From positions 1,021-65,020 of the forward strand of contig JANXXJ010000089.1 of the NCBI GenBank assembly GCA_025350665.1: a stretch of DNA of 64,000 nucleotides. The letters run 5' to 3'. The first letter of the stretch is position 1. The number at the start of each line of letters is the position of its first letter. Source of the DNA: Gemmatimonadota bacterium (GTDB taxonomy: Bacteria; Gemmatimonadota; Gemmatimonadetes; Gemmatimonadales; GWC2-71-9). Shown here one piece after another: positions 29,306-39,019 of this stretch. The notes beneath the pieces are model-generated. The model searched no databases. It was not told where the DNA came from and was given only the letters and a program-made list of their open reading frames with translations. The translations under genes and the position numbers were made by a program.

Positions 29306-29334
29306 TGCCCGCGGTTCGAGTCTAGTTCCTCCCA

Positions 29335-31692
29335 ATGTGGTTGGCAGGTTTGTCGCTCGCCTTGCAGGCGGCGGCCGGGGCTTCGGAGCGCCCGGTCGTC
29401 CGCCCGCCTCGCATCGATACCGTCGTCACGGTCGACGGCCGTCTCGATGAGCCGGTGTGGCGGCGGGCCGCCAAGCTTGACGGCTTTCATCAGTACCGGC
29501 CGGTCGACGGCCAGGCCGCCGCGCAGCGGACCGAAGTCCTCGTCTGGTACAGCCCCAGCGCCCTTTATTTCGGCATCATTGCTCACGACCGGAGCCCAGG
29601 CTCGATCCGGGCGACACTGGCCGACCGGGACAAGATCTTCGACGACGACCGGGTCATCGTCTACCTGGACACCTTCAACGACCGACGCCGGGCCTTCGTC
29701 TTCGGTGCCAATCCGCTCGGGGTTCAGGAGGATGGCGTCCGAACCGAGGGCGGTTTCGGTGGAGGCGGAGGCGGGGGACGTGGTGGCGGGGGCGGCGGTG
29801 CGGTCAGTTACGATCGAAGCCCCGACTATCTCTTCCAGTCCAAGGGCCAGGTAACCGACAGCGGATACGTGGTCGAGATGCGGATTCCATTCAAGAGCCT
29901 CCGGTACGCCTCCGGATCCCGGGCGACGCCTGGCGATATTGGCGGCATTTCGCCCGGGGGCACGACGATGACCTGGGGCTTCAACGTGGTACGGGCCACT
30001 CAGCGGAGCGGATTCGAGGACACCTGGTCCGACGTCCGCCGAGGCGGGACCAGTTTCCTGTCACAGGGCGGGTTGCTGGCCGGCCTGACCGACATCAAAC
30101 GCGGGGTGGTGACCGAGTTCCAGCCGGTGATTACCGCCAGCGCTTCTGGCGTTCGCGATTCCGTCACCGGGGTGTTTGGCCGCGAATCGCTCAAGCCGGA
30201 TCTCGGAGCGAACCTCCGGCTCGGCTTCTCGAATCTGGCGATCGATGCGACCGTCAATCCTGATTTCAGTCAGGTCGAGTCGGACGCCGGGGCCGTCACG
30301 CTGAACGAGCGGTTCGCAATCTACTTCCCGGAGCGGCGGCCGTTTTTCCTCGAAGGGATCGAGTTGTTCCAGAGTCCAGGATCGGTCGTTTACACCCGGC
30401 GGATCGGGTCACCGGTGGCGGGCGGCAAGATCACGGGCAAGTTCGGCCGGCTGAGCCTGGCGCACCTGACGGCGGTTGACGAGGAATACGACCCGTACGA
30501 CACGACGCTGACCTTGAAGCGGCATCCCGTGGTGAATGTCACCCGGATCCGGACCGACCTCGGGGCCAATTCGCTAGCCGGCTTCACGGTCACCGACCGT
30601 TCGGTGGCGGGCGGGTTCAGTCGGCTGGTCCAGGCCGACACCCGGCTGTTGTTCGCCAAGGTGTATGCGGTGAGCGGGAATCTGGGCCATTCGTGGAAAC
30701 GCCTTGATGGCGAAACCAAATCGGGGCCCGCCTGGTCGGTCGGGTTCGACCGGACTGGCCGCGCCTGGGGGTTCAGCTACTCGCTGGAAGGCGTCGATCC
30801 CGGGTTTGAAGCCGCCGTCGGTTTCGTGCCCCGGGTCGGGGATGTGAACCTTCGGGCCTTCAATCGGTTCAGTCTCTTCGGCCGGCGCGGAGCGCTGTTC
30901 GAGGGTGTCACTTTCTTCGGGAGCGGGAACCGGTACTGGCGGTATTCGCGTTTCGGGACTGACCGGGCCGTTGAGGGAGACCAGAGCCTCAGCGCCTTCG
31001 GGCGGATCCGGGGCGGATGGAGCTACGGCATCAATGCCCGGAGCGCATTCGTCGATTTCGATCCGGACTACTACCTGGGCGCCGCGGTGGCGTCCGGCAC
31101 CGGGTTCGTTCCCTACGCCGGCCCGGCGCGTCTCACGAACGCGGCGGATGTTTCGGTCAACGCCAGCTCGCCGAATCTGCCATGGGGCAGCATCAATGCC
31201 CGGGTCCAGCGGCGAACGGTGGGACTGTTTTCGGAGGCCTCGCGGGCCCGCGAGTTCCAGGCATCCGGGGGCTTCGAGGTCCGACCCCGCCAATGGGCCC
31301 GGGTCGAGGGCAACCTGGTCTACTCGCGCCTGGTGCGGACGCGGGACGGGAGCGAGTTCGGGCGGACGATCATTCCGAGGATCCGGGTCGAGATCCAGCC
31401 GAACCGGACCTATCTGTTCCGGATCATCACCGAGTATCGATCACAGCGGCGGGATGCTCTCCGGAGTGCCGAAACCGGCCAGGTCCTCTATTTTGACGGC
31501 GTCGCCTCGGAGCCGACGAACACCAACCGCTTCCGCGCCGATTTCCTGCTGTCGTTCCAGCCCTCGCCGGGGACCGTGGCCTTCCTGGGCTACGGTGCCG
31601 GGTTCGACGGCGATCGCACGTTGTCGTTCCAGCGTCTGGTCAGGCAGGACGACGGATTCTTTCTGAAGCTTGCCTATCAGTTCCGCCGGTAG
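29335..31692 (+). CDS. outer-membrane-type protein with N-terminal CBM9-like domain (DUF5916-like)
   Basis: 785-aa ORF with a signal peptide. N-terminal VTVDGRLDEPVWRRAAKLDGF is typical of CBM9-like/DUF5916 proteins. The long C-terminal portion is beta-rich and ends LAYQFRR. Family assignment is from memory. Confidence 0.7.
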   Translation: MWLAGLSLALQAAAGASERPVVRPPRIDTVVTVDGRLDEPVWRRAAKLDGFHQYRPVDGQAAAQRTEVLVWYSPSALYFGIIAHDRSPGSIRATLADRDKIFDDDRVIVYLDTFNDRRRAFVFGANPLGVQEDGVRTEGGFGGGGGGGRGGGGGGAVSYDRSPDYLFQSKGQVTDSGYVVEMRIPFKSLRYASGSRATPGDIGGISPGGTTMTWGFNVVRATQRSGFEDTWSDVRRGGTSFLSQGGLLAGLTDIKRGVVTEFQPVITASASGVRDSVTGVFGRESLKPDLGANLRLGFSNLAIDATVNPDFSQVESDAGAVTLNERFAIYFPERRPFFLEGIELFQSPGSVVYTRRIGSPVAGGKITGKFGRLSLAHLTAVDEEYDPYDTTLTLKRHPVVNVTRIRTDLGANSLAGFTVTDRSVAGGFSRLVQADTRLLFAKVYAVSGNLGHSWKRLDGETKSGPAWSVGFDRTGRAWGFSYSLEGVDPGFEAAVGFVPRVGDVNLRAFNRFSLFGRRGALFEGVTFFGSGNRYWRYSRFGTDRAVEGDQSLSAFGRIRGGWSYGINARSAFVDFDPDYYLGAAVASGTGFVPYAGPARLTNAADVSVNASSPNLPWGSINARVQRRTVGLFSEASRAREFQASGGFEVRPRQWARVEGNLVYSRLVRTRDGSEFGRTIIPRIRVEIQPNRTYLFRIITEYRSQRRDALRSAETGQVLYFDGVASEPTNTNRFRADFLLSFQPSPGTVAFLGYGAGFDGDRTLSFQRLVRQDDGFFLKLAYQFRR

Positions 31693-31720
31693 GCGGCCGG
31701 GTCCACTTTCGGGGGACACC

Positions 31721-32716
31721 ATGCCGACTTCGATCGTCCTCGGCACCGGCCGAGCCGTGCCGGGCCGAGTTGTGACCAATGACGAGTTCTCCGGGTCGAT
31801 GGATACCTCGGACGAATGGATTCGGACCCGGACCGGGATTCGGGAACGCCGATGGATATCGCCGGGTGAAACGGGTGTCGACCTCGGCCTCGAGGCGACC
31901 CGCCAGGCACTCGCCGCCGCCGGCATGCAGCCGGGCGAACTCGATGCCATCATCTACGCCACGATCACTCCCGATCATTTTCTGCCGGGCAACGGCGTCT
32001 ATCTCCAGACCCGGCTTGGGCTGGGTCCGATTCCGGCGATCGACCTTCGAATGCAGTGCGCCGGTTTCGTGTACGCGTTGTCGGTGGCCGATGCGTTCAT
32101 CCGGGGAGGCATGTACCGCCGGGTCCTGGTCGTGGGCCAGGAAATTCAATCGACCCGGATGGACGTGAGCCCGAAGGGACGCCATACGGCAGTACTGTTT
32201 GCGGATGGCGCCGGGGCGGCCATTCTCGGCGCCACCGACGAGCCGGGCCGCGGGATCCTGGCCTTCGACCTCCATTCCGACGGCGCCTTCGCGGAGAAGC
32301 TCTGGGTCGAGGAGCCGGGGTCATTGCACAACCCGACGATCAGTGCCGATCGGTACGAGGCGGGGACCTACTTTCTGCAAATGGACGGCAAGGAAGTCTT
32401 CCGGCATGCGGTCCACCGGATGCCGGAGTCAGTCCGTACCTGCCTCGACCGGCTCGGGCTGGCGCCCTCGGAGATTGCGCTGCTGATTCCGCATCAGGCC
32501 AACATGCGGATCTCGGAGATGGTACAGCGGGAGCTGGGGCTGGCCGACAGCCAGGTCTACAACAACATCGAACGGTACGGCAACACCACGTCGGCGACCA
32601 TTCCGATTGCGCTCGACGAATGTGTCAGGGCGGGCCGGGTCGCCCCTGGCGACCTGGTGGCCTTGACCGCGTTCGGTTCCGGGTTTGTCTGGGGCAGCGT
32701 CGTGATGCGGTGGTAA
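31721..32716 (+). CDS. fabH: 3-oxoacyl-ACP synthase III
   Basis: Within ORF 31670..32716; start taken at MPTSIVLGTG. Active-site Cys in MQCAGFVYAL, plus IPHQANMRI and YGNTTSATIPIAL. Confidence 0.92.
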   Translation: MPTSIVLGTGRAVPGRVVTNDEFSGSMDTSDEWIRTRTGIRERRWISPGETGVDLGLEATRQALAAAGMQPGELDAIIYATITPDHFLPGNGVYLQTRLGLGPIPAIDLRMQCAGFVYALSVADAFIRGGMYRRVLVVGQEIQSTRMDVSPKGRHTAVLFADGAGAAILGATDEPGRGILAFDLHSDGAFAEKLWVEEPGSLHNPTISADRYEAGTYFLQMDGKEVFRHAVHRMPESVRTCLDRLGLAPSEIALLIPHQANMRISEMVQRELGLADSQVYNNIERYGNTTSATIPIALDECVRAGRVAPGDLVALTAFGSGFVWGSVVMRW

Positions 32717-32732
32717 GGGCTCGCCCGGTTTG

Positions 32733-33167
32733 CTACGAGGTGGCCATCATCGGATACTTCTGGGTGTAGTAGTCTTGCCCCCGATAGGCGACGGCGCGGT
32801 ACAGCTGTTCGTCGGGGTCGTCTGCATTCTGGATGAAGAGATGCAGCTGACCCGGCCACATCGTGGCCTGGAGCGTCCACCGATCCTCGTGCGCCATGAA
32901 GACCCACTGCAGTGCCCCGCCACCGGCGTCGGTCAGGTGGACTCGACTGGCCCGTTCGAGCGAGACCTTCTCGGGGAGGCCGGTCGATGCCGCCCCCCAG
33001 GGCTCGAGTTCGAGTTCGGCGTCCATCCACGAGCGGATGTGGAGCACGCCCGAAACCGGATCCTCATGGAAGGGGATCTCGAAGTCGACGCTCCACTCGC
33101 CCAAGGCGTCCCACGCATGGTCCATTAGGCCAATATTAGGGATCTCGACCGTGGGGTGTTTCGGCAT
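32733..33167 (-). CDS. hypothetical protein
   Basis: Within ORF 32733..33209; ATG at 33165-33167 (MPKHPTVEI). GC3-rich codons. No family recognised. Confidence 0.5.
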   Translation of the reverse strand: MPKHPTVEIPNIGLMDHAWDALGEWSVDFEIPFHEDPVSGVLHIRSWMDAELELEPWGAASTGLPEKVSLERASRVHLTDAGGGALQWVFMAHEDRWTLQATMWPGQLHLFIQNADDPDEQLYRAVAYRGQDYYTQKYPMMATS

Positions 33168-33375
33168 TTCATCTCCCAGGAATACCAAGGGTCTGCGGCA
33201 ATAAGCCAATGACTGACTGGTAGTTACGATGCGGGATGCGGCGGGTGTTTTCGCGCTTTCCCGTTCCTGGGGTTAGTATCGGCATCGGACTCGCCGGATG
33301 TAGGGTGTGAAACCACCTCATTGGGCGTTGCGTACTGCAACACACTCTTAACAGTTGGGCTGACAGGGGGTTCCA

Positions 33376-33642
33376 ATGTTCGAGATTCTCAGGCTGTGCA
33401 TTGCCGGGGTGGCTGCGGTGTTCGCGTTCGGTTTTGCGCGCGGGTTCGTGCGGCGCCGGCTCCGGTTCGTGGATGCCGTCAAGTCGCCTTTGGCGCCGGT
33501 CGTCGCGGGCGGGATTGCGGCGCTGGTGGCTTGGCCGCTCACGCTGCTGCCGTTGATCACCGGATTCGCGGCGGCCATGGTCGGCATCGGCGTTGGGATG
33601 GGGACGGCGAGTGGCGTGAAGGCCCTGCGCAGCGGCGACTGA
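33376..33642 (+). CDS. small hypothetical membrane protein
   Basis: 88-aa ORF with three hydrophobic segments (ILRLCIAGVAAVFAFGF, VVAGGIAALVAWPLTLL, AAAMVGIGVGMG). No family recognised. Confidence 0.45.
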   Translation: MFEILRLCIAGVAAVFAFGFARGFVRRRLRFVDAVKSPLAPVVAGGIAALVAWPLTLLPLITGFAAAMVGIGVGMGTASGVKALRSGD

Positions 33643-33672
33643 AGGCCGCGCTGGAGGTCGTTAAGTTAGGGG

Positions 33673-33915
33673 ATGACCTCCGTTACCTGTTCCCGCTGTC
33701 ATCAGACCCGCGATTCGGTCCCCTTCCGCCCGTTTCCGAACGAGCGGGGCCAACGGGTCCTGGATCAGATCTGCAACGTCTGCTGGAACGAATGGCTCAA
33801 GTTCCAGCAGCAGTTGATCAACCACTACGGCCTGAACGTCAGGGAACCGCGGTCGAAGGATCTGCTCTACGCCGAGCTGGACAAGTTCCTGTTTACCAGC
33901 GCGCCCCAATCCTGA
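33673..33915 (+). CDS. YggX-like Fe(2+)-trafficking / oxidative damage protection protein
   Basis: 80-aa ORF. WNEWLKFQQQLINHYGLNVREPRSKDLLYAELDKFLF parallels the YggX core (W..W...Q..LINE..LN......R..L...M..FLF). Carries CSRC and CNVC motifs. Confidence 0.7.
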   Translation: MTSVTCSRCHQTRDSVPFRPFPNERGQRVLDQICNVCWNEWLKFQQQLINHYGLNVREPRSKDLLYAELDKFLFTSAPQS

Positions 33916-34840
33916 ACGACAAATCGATGGCCGGCCCCCTGGGCTCGAGGTCTTCGGTCATGCCGAGGAACCACTCGGGGCCGCGCTTGGCCCTGAGCAG
34001 GAAGCCGTAGTCGAGCGTCACCTCGCGCTGGTCGAGGGCGCGGAGCCCGGTGCCGTCGTAACTGTGGCTCTGGACGAAGAGATTCACGAACATGGCCTGC
34101 TGCTTGACGAACCGGTACCGGAATCCGAGGTTGCCGGCCGCGAACACCGTCTTCTCGTAGTCCGCGAGCTGCCCGGTCCGGGGGGTGACCCCGAGACCCA
34201 ATCCCATTTCCGTGGTCCAGCGGTCGTCGAGCCGGAAGCGTGCGGTGCTGAACGCCGACACCGACACGGTCTTGCGGCCGTACCCCTCAGGCCCGGTCGG
34301 GAGGGTGACGGACACCGTGGTCTGCCAGTGAGGGCCGTGCCGCAGGCCGCCCATGAGGCGGATATCACCGGGGAAGGCCGATTTGGCGGGATAGTGGAGC
34401 GAGTCGCCGTTAGGCAGCTTCGCCGAGTAGAGGAACTCATTCCTCGGCCGGAGCGACCGGGCCGCCACCTGGAGTCCGGTCAGCTTGTGGTACCAGTCCA
34501 GGAATCCGTCGAGAAAGCCGTTGTAGGAGCCCTGCAGCGCCACCGAGCCGCCCACGAACCCCCGGCCCAGGTTCCGGATCACCGTGGCGTCGAATCTCAG
34601 AATTTCACCATCGAGGATGAACGCGGCATTGGGGCGCTCGGAAAATTCGATGGCGTTGCCGTAGTCGAGCTGGAGTCGGGTTTGCCAGCGGTGGCCGGGG
34701 TCGACATACGGCTGGAACAGGAGCCCGCTCCGGCTGGTGAGGACCGGGTTCAGCGCCTGATAAGGGGGGAGCCCCTGGGCAAAGGCCAGCCCGGATGGTC
34801 CCCCGGCCAGGAGCACAGCAGACAGGACGAGTCGGCGCAT
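33893..34840 (-). CDS. putative outer-membrane beta-barrel protein (DUF3187-like)
   Basis: 315-aa ORF. Signal peptide MRRLVLSAVLLAGGPSGLAFAQG. Alternating beta-strand pattern and a C-terminal aromatic residue (FRIGARW). The 3' end overlaps the convergent YggX-like gene by 23 nt. Confidence 0.6.
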   Translation of the reverse strand: MRRLVLSAVLLAGGPSGLAFAQGLPPYQALNPVLTSRSGLLFQPYVDPGHRWQTRLQLDYGNAIEFSERPNAAFILDGEILRFDATVIRNLGRGFVGGSVALQGSYNGFLDGFLDWYHKLTGLQVAARSLRPRNEFLYSAKLPNGDSLHYPAKSAFPGDIRLMGGLRHGPHWQTTVSVTLPTGPEGYGRKTVSVSAFSTARFRLDDRWTTEMGLGLGVTPRTGQLADYEKTVFAAGNLGFRYRFVKQQAMFVNLFVQSHSYDGTGLRALDQREVTLDYGFLLRAKRGPEWFLGMTEDLEPRGPAIDLSFRIGARW

Positions 34841-34911
34841 CGGTGGTCCGGTGTAGGAATGGGAGATTCGGCTCCGGGCGGCGGGGGCCGCCGGTCGCGG
34901 ATAATAACGAA

Positions 34912-35529
34912 CTACCGGCTGGTGATGTGAGCCAGCTGCCGGTCATGGGCCCGACGGAGCGCCAGCTGAGCGGCGACCGCTCCCACCAGGGCCGTGAACA
35001 TGTCCCATTGGGTATCCCAGGGGTCGCCCTGGGTCCCGAGGAAGTCGGTGGCGGATTCGCCGCCAATCAAGGCGGACCACCACTCGATGAATTCATAGGA
35101 CGCACTGATCGCGAGGCAGACGCAGGTGACCAGGAAGAACAGCCAGCGTCCCGGGCGGAGAGGGGAGCGGCGGAGCAGGATCTCCCTCATCACGATGGCC
35201 GGGACGAATCCCTGGGCGAAGTGACCGAGGCGGTCGTAGTTGTTCCGGGCCAGTCCGAATGCGGCTTGCGCCCAGGTGCCCAGCGAAACCCGGGCGTAGG
35301 TGTAGTGACCCCCGACGATCAGGATCAACGCATGGAGGAAGAGGAGACGATAGGCCAGCGGCGTAAGCGGAAAGCGGCGGGCCGTGGCCGTGAGAACCGG
35401 GACACCGAGGAGGACTGGAAACACCTCCATCAACCAGGTGCCGCGCTCGTAGGGTGCCAGGCCGGATATCACCAGTGCCACCAGCGCGAGCGCCGCCAGG
35501 GCCAGCGGCGCTCGACGATCGGTGTTCAT
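34912..35529 (-). CDS. DUF2238/YjdF-like inner membrane protein
   Basis: 205-aa ORF with multiple TM helices. The segment LGTWAQAAFGLARNNYDRLGHFAQGFVPA resembles YjdF-family proteins. Confidence 0.7.
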   Translation of the reverse strand: MNTDRRAPLALAALALVALVISGLAPYERGTWLMEVFPVLLGVPVLTATARRFPLTPLAYRLLFLHALILIVGGHYTYARVSLGTWAQAAFGLARNNYDRLGHFAQGFVPAIVMREILLRRSPLRPGRWLFFLVTCVCLAISASYEFIEWWSALIGGESATDFLGTQGDPWDTQWDMFTALVGAVAAQLALRRAHDRQLAHITSR

Positions 35530-35632
35530 GCGGAGGCGCCTTGCGCCGAGGCTGGCACCATGGGATTCCGGGGAAGAGTACCTCCCTAATATGCCGGCCG
35601 GGGTAAGCGGAAGCTACGGTCGGCAGACGAAA

Positions 35633-35659
35633 GCGGGGGTGGCTTGATGCCACCCCCGC
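35633..35659 (-). terminator. GC-rich hairpin downstream of the PDZ-protein gene
   Basis: GCGGGGGTGGC-TTGAT-GCCACCCCCGC forms a perfect 11-bp stem, located 20 nt past the stop at 35679. No clear U-tract follows on the minus strand, so intrinsic-terminator function is uncertain. Confidence 0.4.
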
Positions 35660-35678
35660 TCCAGTCCGTCCGGCGAGA

Positions 35679-36587
35679 TCAGTCTTCGTCCTTGTCGACT
35701 TTCGAGGTCACCGTCTGGCGACTCTTGTTTCGCATGATTTCGAGCTTGACGACGTCCCCGTTCTCGTAGGAGCGGAGAATCCGCAACAGGCTCGACGGGC
35801 CCCGGGCCTTTCGACCATCGACCGACAGGATCACGTCGCCGCCCTTGAGGCCGAGGCTGCTCTTCTCGGGGGCGTCGATGACGAGCACGCCCTCGCTGGT
35901 GCCGAAATAGGCTCCCAGCTCGGGATTGATGGGCGCCAGCTCCAGCTCGGCGAAGGGTCCGCCGAATGCCATGGCGAACTCACCCGGTTCGCCGCGGCGC
36001 ATCAGCATGTTGGGATGGTTCAAGCCGTCGAGCTGGCCGCGGAGCGCTTCGAGGCGACCGTTCATTTCGGGGACCTGGAAATTGAAGCTTCTCTCGCCAA
36101 ACTCGCGTTTGGCGAACGAGCGCTCGGCCGCGGTGATGACGTTGACGCTGCCGGATTCCTTGCCGCGGCGGTACTCGAGGCGGACGGTGTCGCCGGGCTC
36201 GAGTTTGGCGACCAGTTCGACCAACCGCAGCGCGGCCGTCGACTGGTCCTCCTCGTCGGCCCGGCTCGACTCGGCGCGGAGAAGCCGCTGGCCGTTGACA
36301 CGCGTGATGATGTCCCCGGCCCGGATCCCGGCCTTGGAGGCGGGTCCGCCCGGGGTCACCGAGCTGATGGTGGCGCCGATCGAATCGTTGTTGGTGGCCT
36401 GCATGTCGAGCAGCACGCCGATCCGGGCGAGGTGGCTGGCCACCATTTCGAGCGGCGAGGCCTCTTCGCCGTTGACCCAGACTCGGGCTTTGGGCGCCGC
36501 GACCCGTTCGCGGGTGCGTTCCTGCGCGCGGGCCGGCATCGCCGAGGCCGCGGTCATCGCCAGTATCACCAGATATCGTCCAGTCAT
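35679..36587 (-). CDS. secreted tandem-PDZ domain protein (no protease domain)
   Basis: 302-aa ORF. Signal peptide MTGRYLVILAMTAASAMPARAQ. Two PDZ-like segments (VTPGGPASKAGIRAGDIITRVNG and SLGLKGGDVILSVDG). Confidence 0.8.
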   Translation of the reverse strand: MTGRYLVILAMTAASAMPARAQERTRERVAAPKARVWVNGEEASPLEMVASHLARIGVLLDMQATNNDSIGATISSVTPGGPASKAGIRAGDIITRVNGQRLLRAESSRADEEDQSTAALRLVELVAKLEPGDTVRLEYRRGKESGSVNVITAAERSFAKREFGERSFNFQVPEMNGRLEALRGQLDGLNHPNMLMRRGEPGEFAMAFGGPFAELELAPINPELGAYFGTSEGVLVIDAPEKSSLGLKGGDVILSVDGRKARGPSSLLRILRSYENGDVVKLEIMRNKSRQTVTSKVDKDED

Positions 36588-36608
36588 CCTGCTATCACTC
36601 CTTGGGGT

Positions 36609-37220
36609 TCAGAACCCCACGTAACGGGCACCAGTAAGGTGGACATCCACCAGGGCATCGAGCAGCCCGACCCGCTCGCGCCACAATTTGAGCATCTGTT
36701 GCTGACGAGCCTGCTGATCCATCAGGCCAACCGCTTCGATCTGCCGATCCACCCGGGCCAGCTGATCCTCGAGCGACGTCGTGACCGCGACCGTCCGGCC
36801 GTCCACGACCTGTCGATCCTGATCCAGGCCCTCGATCGCCCGCTCGAGACCTTTCGACTGGCTCATCACTTCGGCCAGTTCCGGGTCGGCGGCGACGAGC
36901 GTCCGTTCCTGGGAGGCCTGGTGACGGAGCGATACGAACGCGATGGTGACCGAGGCCGCGACGGCCAAGCCGGCGAACGCCACCCGTCGGAGCTGCTTCA
37001 GGCGCCGCTCCCGGGCGACCTTTTCCCGCACCGCCAGGAACAGATCCCGGCCCGGTGCGAGTGTCGGAAGCGCCTTGAGCTGAGCCGTGCGCTGATCGAG
37101 CCGATCGGACTCGGCCCGACAGGCCGGGCAGGTTTCGAGATGATCGCCCCACGAACGGACCTGGGGTTCGAGTCCCGGTTCACGGATGGCGAGCAGCTGC
37201 TCCATGGAGAGATGGGTCAT
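36609..37220 (-). CDS. anti-sigma factor (zf-HC2 type, single-pass)
   Basis: Within ORF 36609..37355; ATG at 37218-37220 overlaps the sigma stop (ATGA). Zinc-binding H-x3-C-x2-C (HLETCPACR). One TM helix (VAFAGLAVAASVTIAFV). Confidence 0.75.
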   Translation of the reverse strand: MTHLSMEQLLAIREPGLEPQVRSWGDHLETCPACRAESDRLDQRTAQLKALPTLAPGRDLFLAVREKVARERRLKQLRRVAFAGLAVAASVTIAFVSLRHQASQERTLVAADPELAEVMSQSKGLERAIEGLDQDRQVVDGRTVAVTTSLEDQLARVDRQIEAVGLMDQQARQQQMLKLWRERVGLLDALVDVHLTGARYVGF

Positions 37221-37753
37221 TGCCTGGCCTCCTCCCCGAGCCACCGCCGCAACCGGGTGTGGGCCCGGGCCAATTGCGACTTCGAGAAGCTCACCGTCCG
37301 GTCCATCATCGTCGCGATTTCTTCGTGGGTGTAGCCTTCGACGTCGTGGAGCCATACCACCGCGCGGGATGTTTCGGAGAGCCGTTCGAGCGCGGCTTCG
37401 AGGTCCATGCGGAGGGCGGTGTCTTCCTTCTTGAACGGCAGGATGTCTTCAGGGAGCTCATCGGTATCGCGGTACTTGTTCCGGCGGAGGCGCATCAGCG
37501 CCTTGCTGGCGGTGACCGTCCGAACCCAACCCCAGAGGCTACCGTCGCCCCGGAACTGACCAATGCTGCGGAAGACTTCGATGAAAGCTTCCTGCATCAC
37601 ATCTTCGGCATCTTCAGTGGTTCGGCAAATCCGGCGGGCCAGGTTGTACACCGGCGACCCGAAGGCGCGGTAGAGCGCCTCCTGCGCCGCCGGGTCGCCT
37701 GCCCGGAGGCCGGGGAGTACCACCTCGGCGTTGGCGAGCCGGTACGAATCCAT
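37217..37753 (-). CDS. ECF-type RNA polymerase sigma factor
   Basis: Within ORF 37217..37774; ATG at 37751-37753 (MDSYRL). Region 2 DVMQEAFIEVF and region 4 EGYTHEEIATMMDRTVSFSKSQLARAHTRLR. Confidence 0.88.
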   Translation of the reverse strand: MDSYRLANAEVVLPGLRAGDPAAQEALYRAFGSPVYNLARRICRTTEDAEDVMQEAFIEVFRSIGQFRGDGSLWGWVRTVTASKALMRLRRNKYRDTDELPEDILPFKKEDTALRMDLEAALERLSETSRAVVWLHDVEGYTHEEIATMMDRTVSFSKSQLARAHTRLRRWLGEEARQ

Positions 37754-37814
37754 GGTCAATGTTCCTGTCTGCACGACCCGAAAGATGCCTAAAATGGGGA
37801 TATGGTTGCAGATT

Positions 37815-38936
37815 ATGGATATGGCAACCCCACCGCATGATTGGCTGCACCACCTCCAGGACGAGGCCGACGCGGCCTACCTGTACCGGGAGTTGGCTGG
37901 CCTCGAGCTAAATCCCGACAAGGCAAAGATTTACGATCAGCTGGCCAAGGTCGAAGATCGCCACGTTCAAGTCTGGGTCAAGGTCCTCAAGGAATCCGGA
38001 TTTGAGCCGACGGTTCCAAAGCCCGGTTGGCGTCCCCGAATCATGGCGATGCTGGCCCGGCGGTTCGGCCCCGGGTTCCTCCTGCCGAGCCTGCTCGAGG
38101 AGGAGGGCCGGGAGGTCAAGAACTACCTCCTGCTGTATCAGCAGTCCTCCGAGGGCCCGGCGGCCACCGCGGCGTTGACGCTGGCCCGGGATTCCAAGCA
38201 GCACGCCACTCACCTGGCGACGATGGCCGGCCGCGGCGCTGAGCCGTGGCACAAGACCGAGGCCGGCGGCTTCCTTCGCAATGTCGTCTATGGCTTCAAT
38301 GATGGCTTGACGGCCAATTTCGGGCTCGTTGCGGGCATGCTCGGGGCTCAGGGCGGCATCGCATCGGCCGGCCACGCCGTCGTGGTGGCTGGTCTGGCCG
38401 GCGCCATGGCCGATGCGCTGTCGATGGGGTCGTCGGGGTACTTGGCGGCCAAGAGCGAGCGCGAGGTGTTCGAGCACGAGATCGCCATGGAGAAGGAAGA
38501 GATCCGGCTGATGCCGGAGCTCGAGCAGGAAGAGTTGTCGCTGATCTATCAGGCGAAGGGCATCCCCGAGGCCCAGGCGGACACCCTGGCGGCGTCGGTC
38601 ATGGCCGATCCGGTGCGCGCGCTCGAAGAGAAGGTTCGGGAAGAACTCAAGATTGGCGAGGCCAGCGCGTCTCCGATGCGGGAGGCCCTCATCACCGGGG
38701 TCGCGACCCTGATCGGCGCCCTGATTCCGGTGGCGCCCCTGCTGATCAGCACCGCACCCTGGGCCATCTGGACCTCGTTTGCGATCGCGATGGCCTCGCA
38801 TTTCCTGGTCGGCGCGGCCCGGAGTCTGTTTACGGGCCGGGGAATCTTTCGCAGCGGCATCGACATGTTCGTGGTCGGCCTGGGCGTCGCGGCGGTGGGC
38901 TACTGGGTCGGAGAGTGGCTGGTGAAGCGGTTGTAG
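37815..38936 (+). CDS. mbfA: ferritin-like (erythrin) domain fused to VIT1/CCC1 iron transporter domain (MbfA-like)
   Basis: Within ORF 37731..38936; start at 37815 or 37821. N-terminal ferritin-like helices (DEADAAYLYRELA, KVEDRHVQVW). C-terminal VIT1 motifs (VYGFNDGLTANFGLVAGM) and TM helices. The symbol is by architecture analogy only. Confidence 0.75.
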   Translation: MDMATPPHDWLHHLQDEADAAYLYRELAGLELNPDKAKIYDQLAKVEDRHVQVWVKVLKESGFEPTVPKPGWRPRIMAMLARRFGPGFLLPSLLEEEGREVKNYLLLYQQSSEGPAATAALTLARDSKQHATHLATMAGRGAEPWHKTEAGGFLRNVVYGFNDGLTANFGLVAGMLGAQGGIASAGHAVVVAGLAGAMADALSMGSSGYLAAKSEREVFEHEIAMEKEEIRLMPELEQEELSLIYQAKGIPEAQADTLAASVMADPVRALEEKVREELKIGEASASPMREALITGVATLIGALIPVAPLLISTAPWAIWTSFAIAMASHFLVGAARSLFTGRGIFRSGIDMFVVGLGVAAVGYWVGEWLVKRL

Positions 38937-39019
38937 CCGGGCCGGAAACCGTCTTTCCGCCGCCGTCGGCGCGCCGGGCAGCCCCGGTTAGATTGTGCCG
39001 AGACCTTACTGGGGCAACC

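Noticed and set aside
29748-29800. G-rich tract (GGTGGAGGCGGAGGCGGGGGACGTGGTGGCGGGGGCGGCGG) that could form a G-quadruplex
   Set aside because: It encodes an in-frame Gly/Arg linker (GGFGGGGGGGRGGGGGGA) within the DUF5916-like protein. A low-complexity coding sequence is the simpler explanation.
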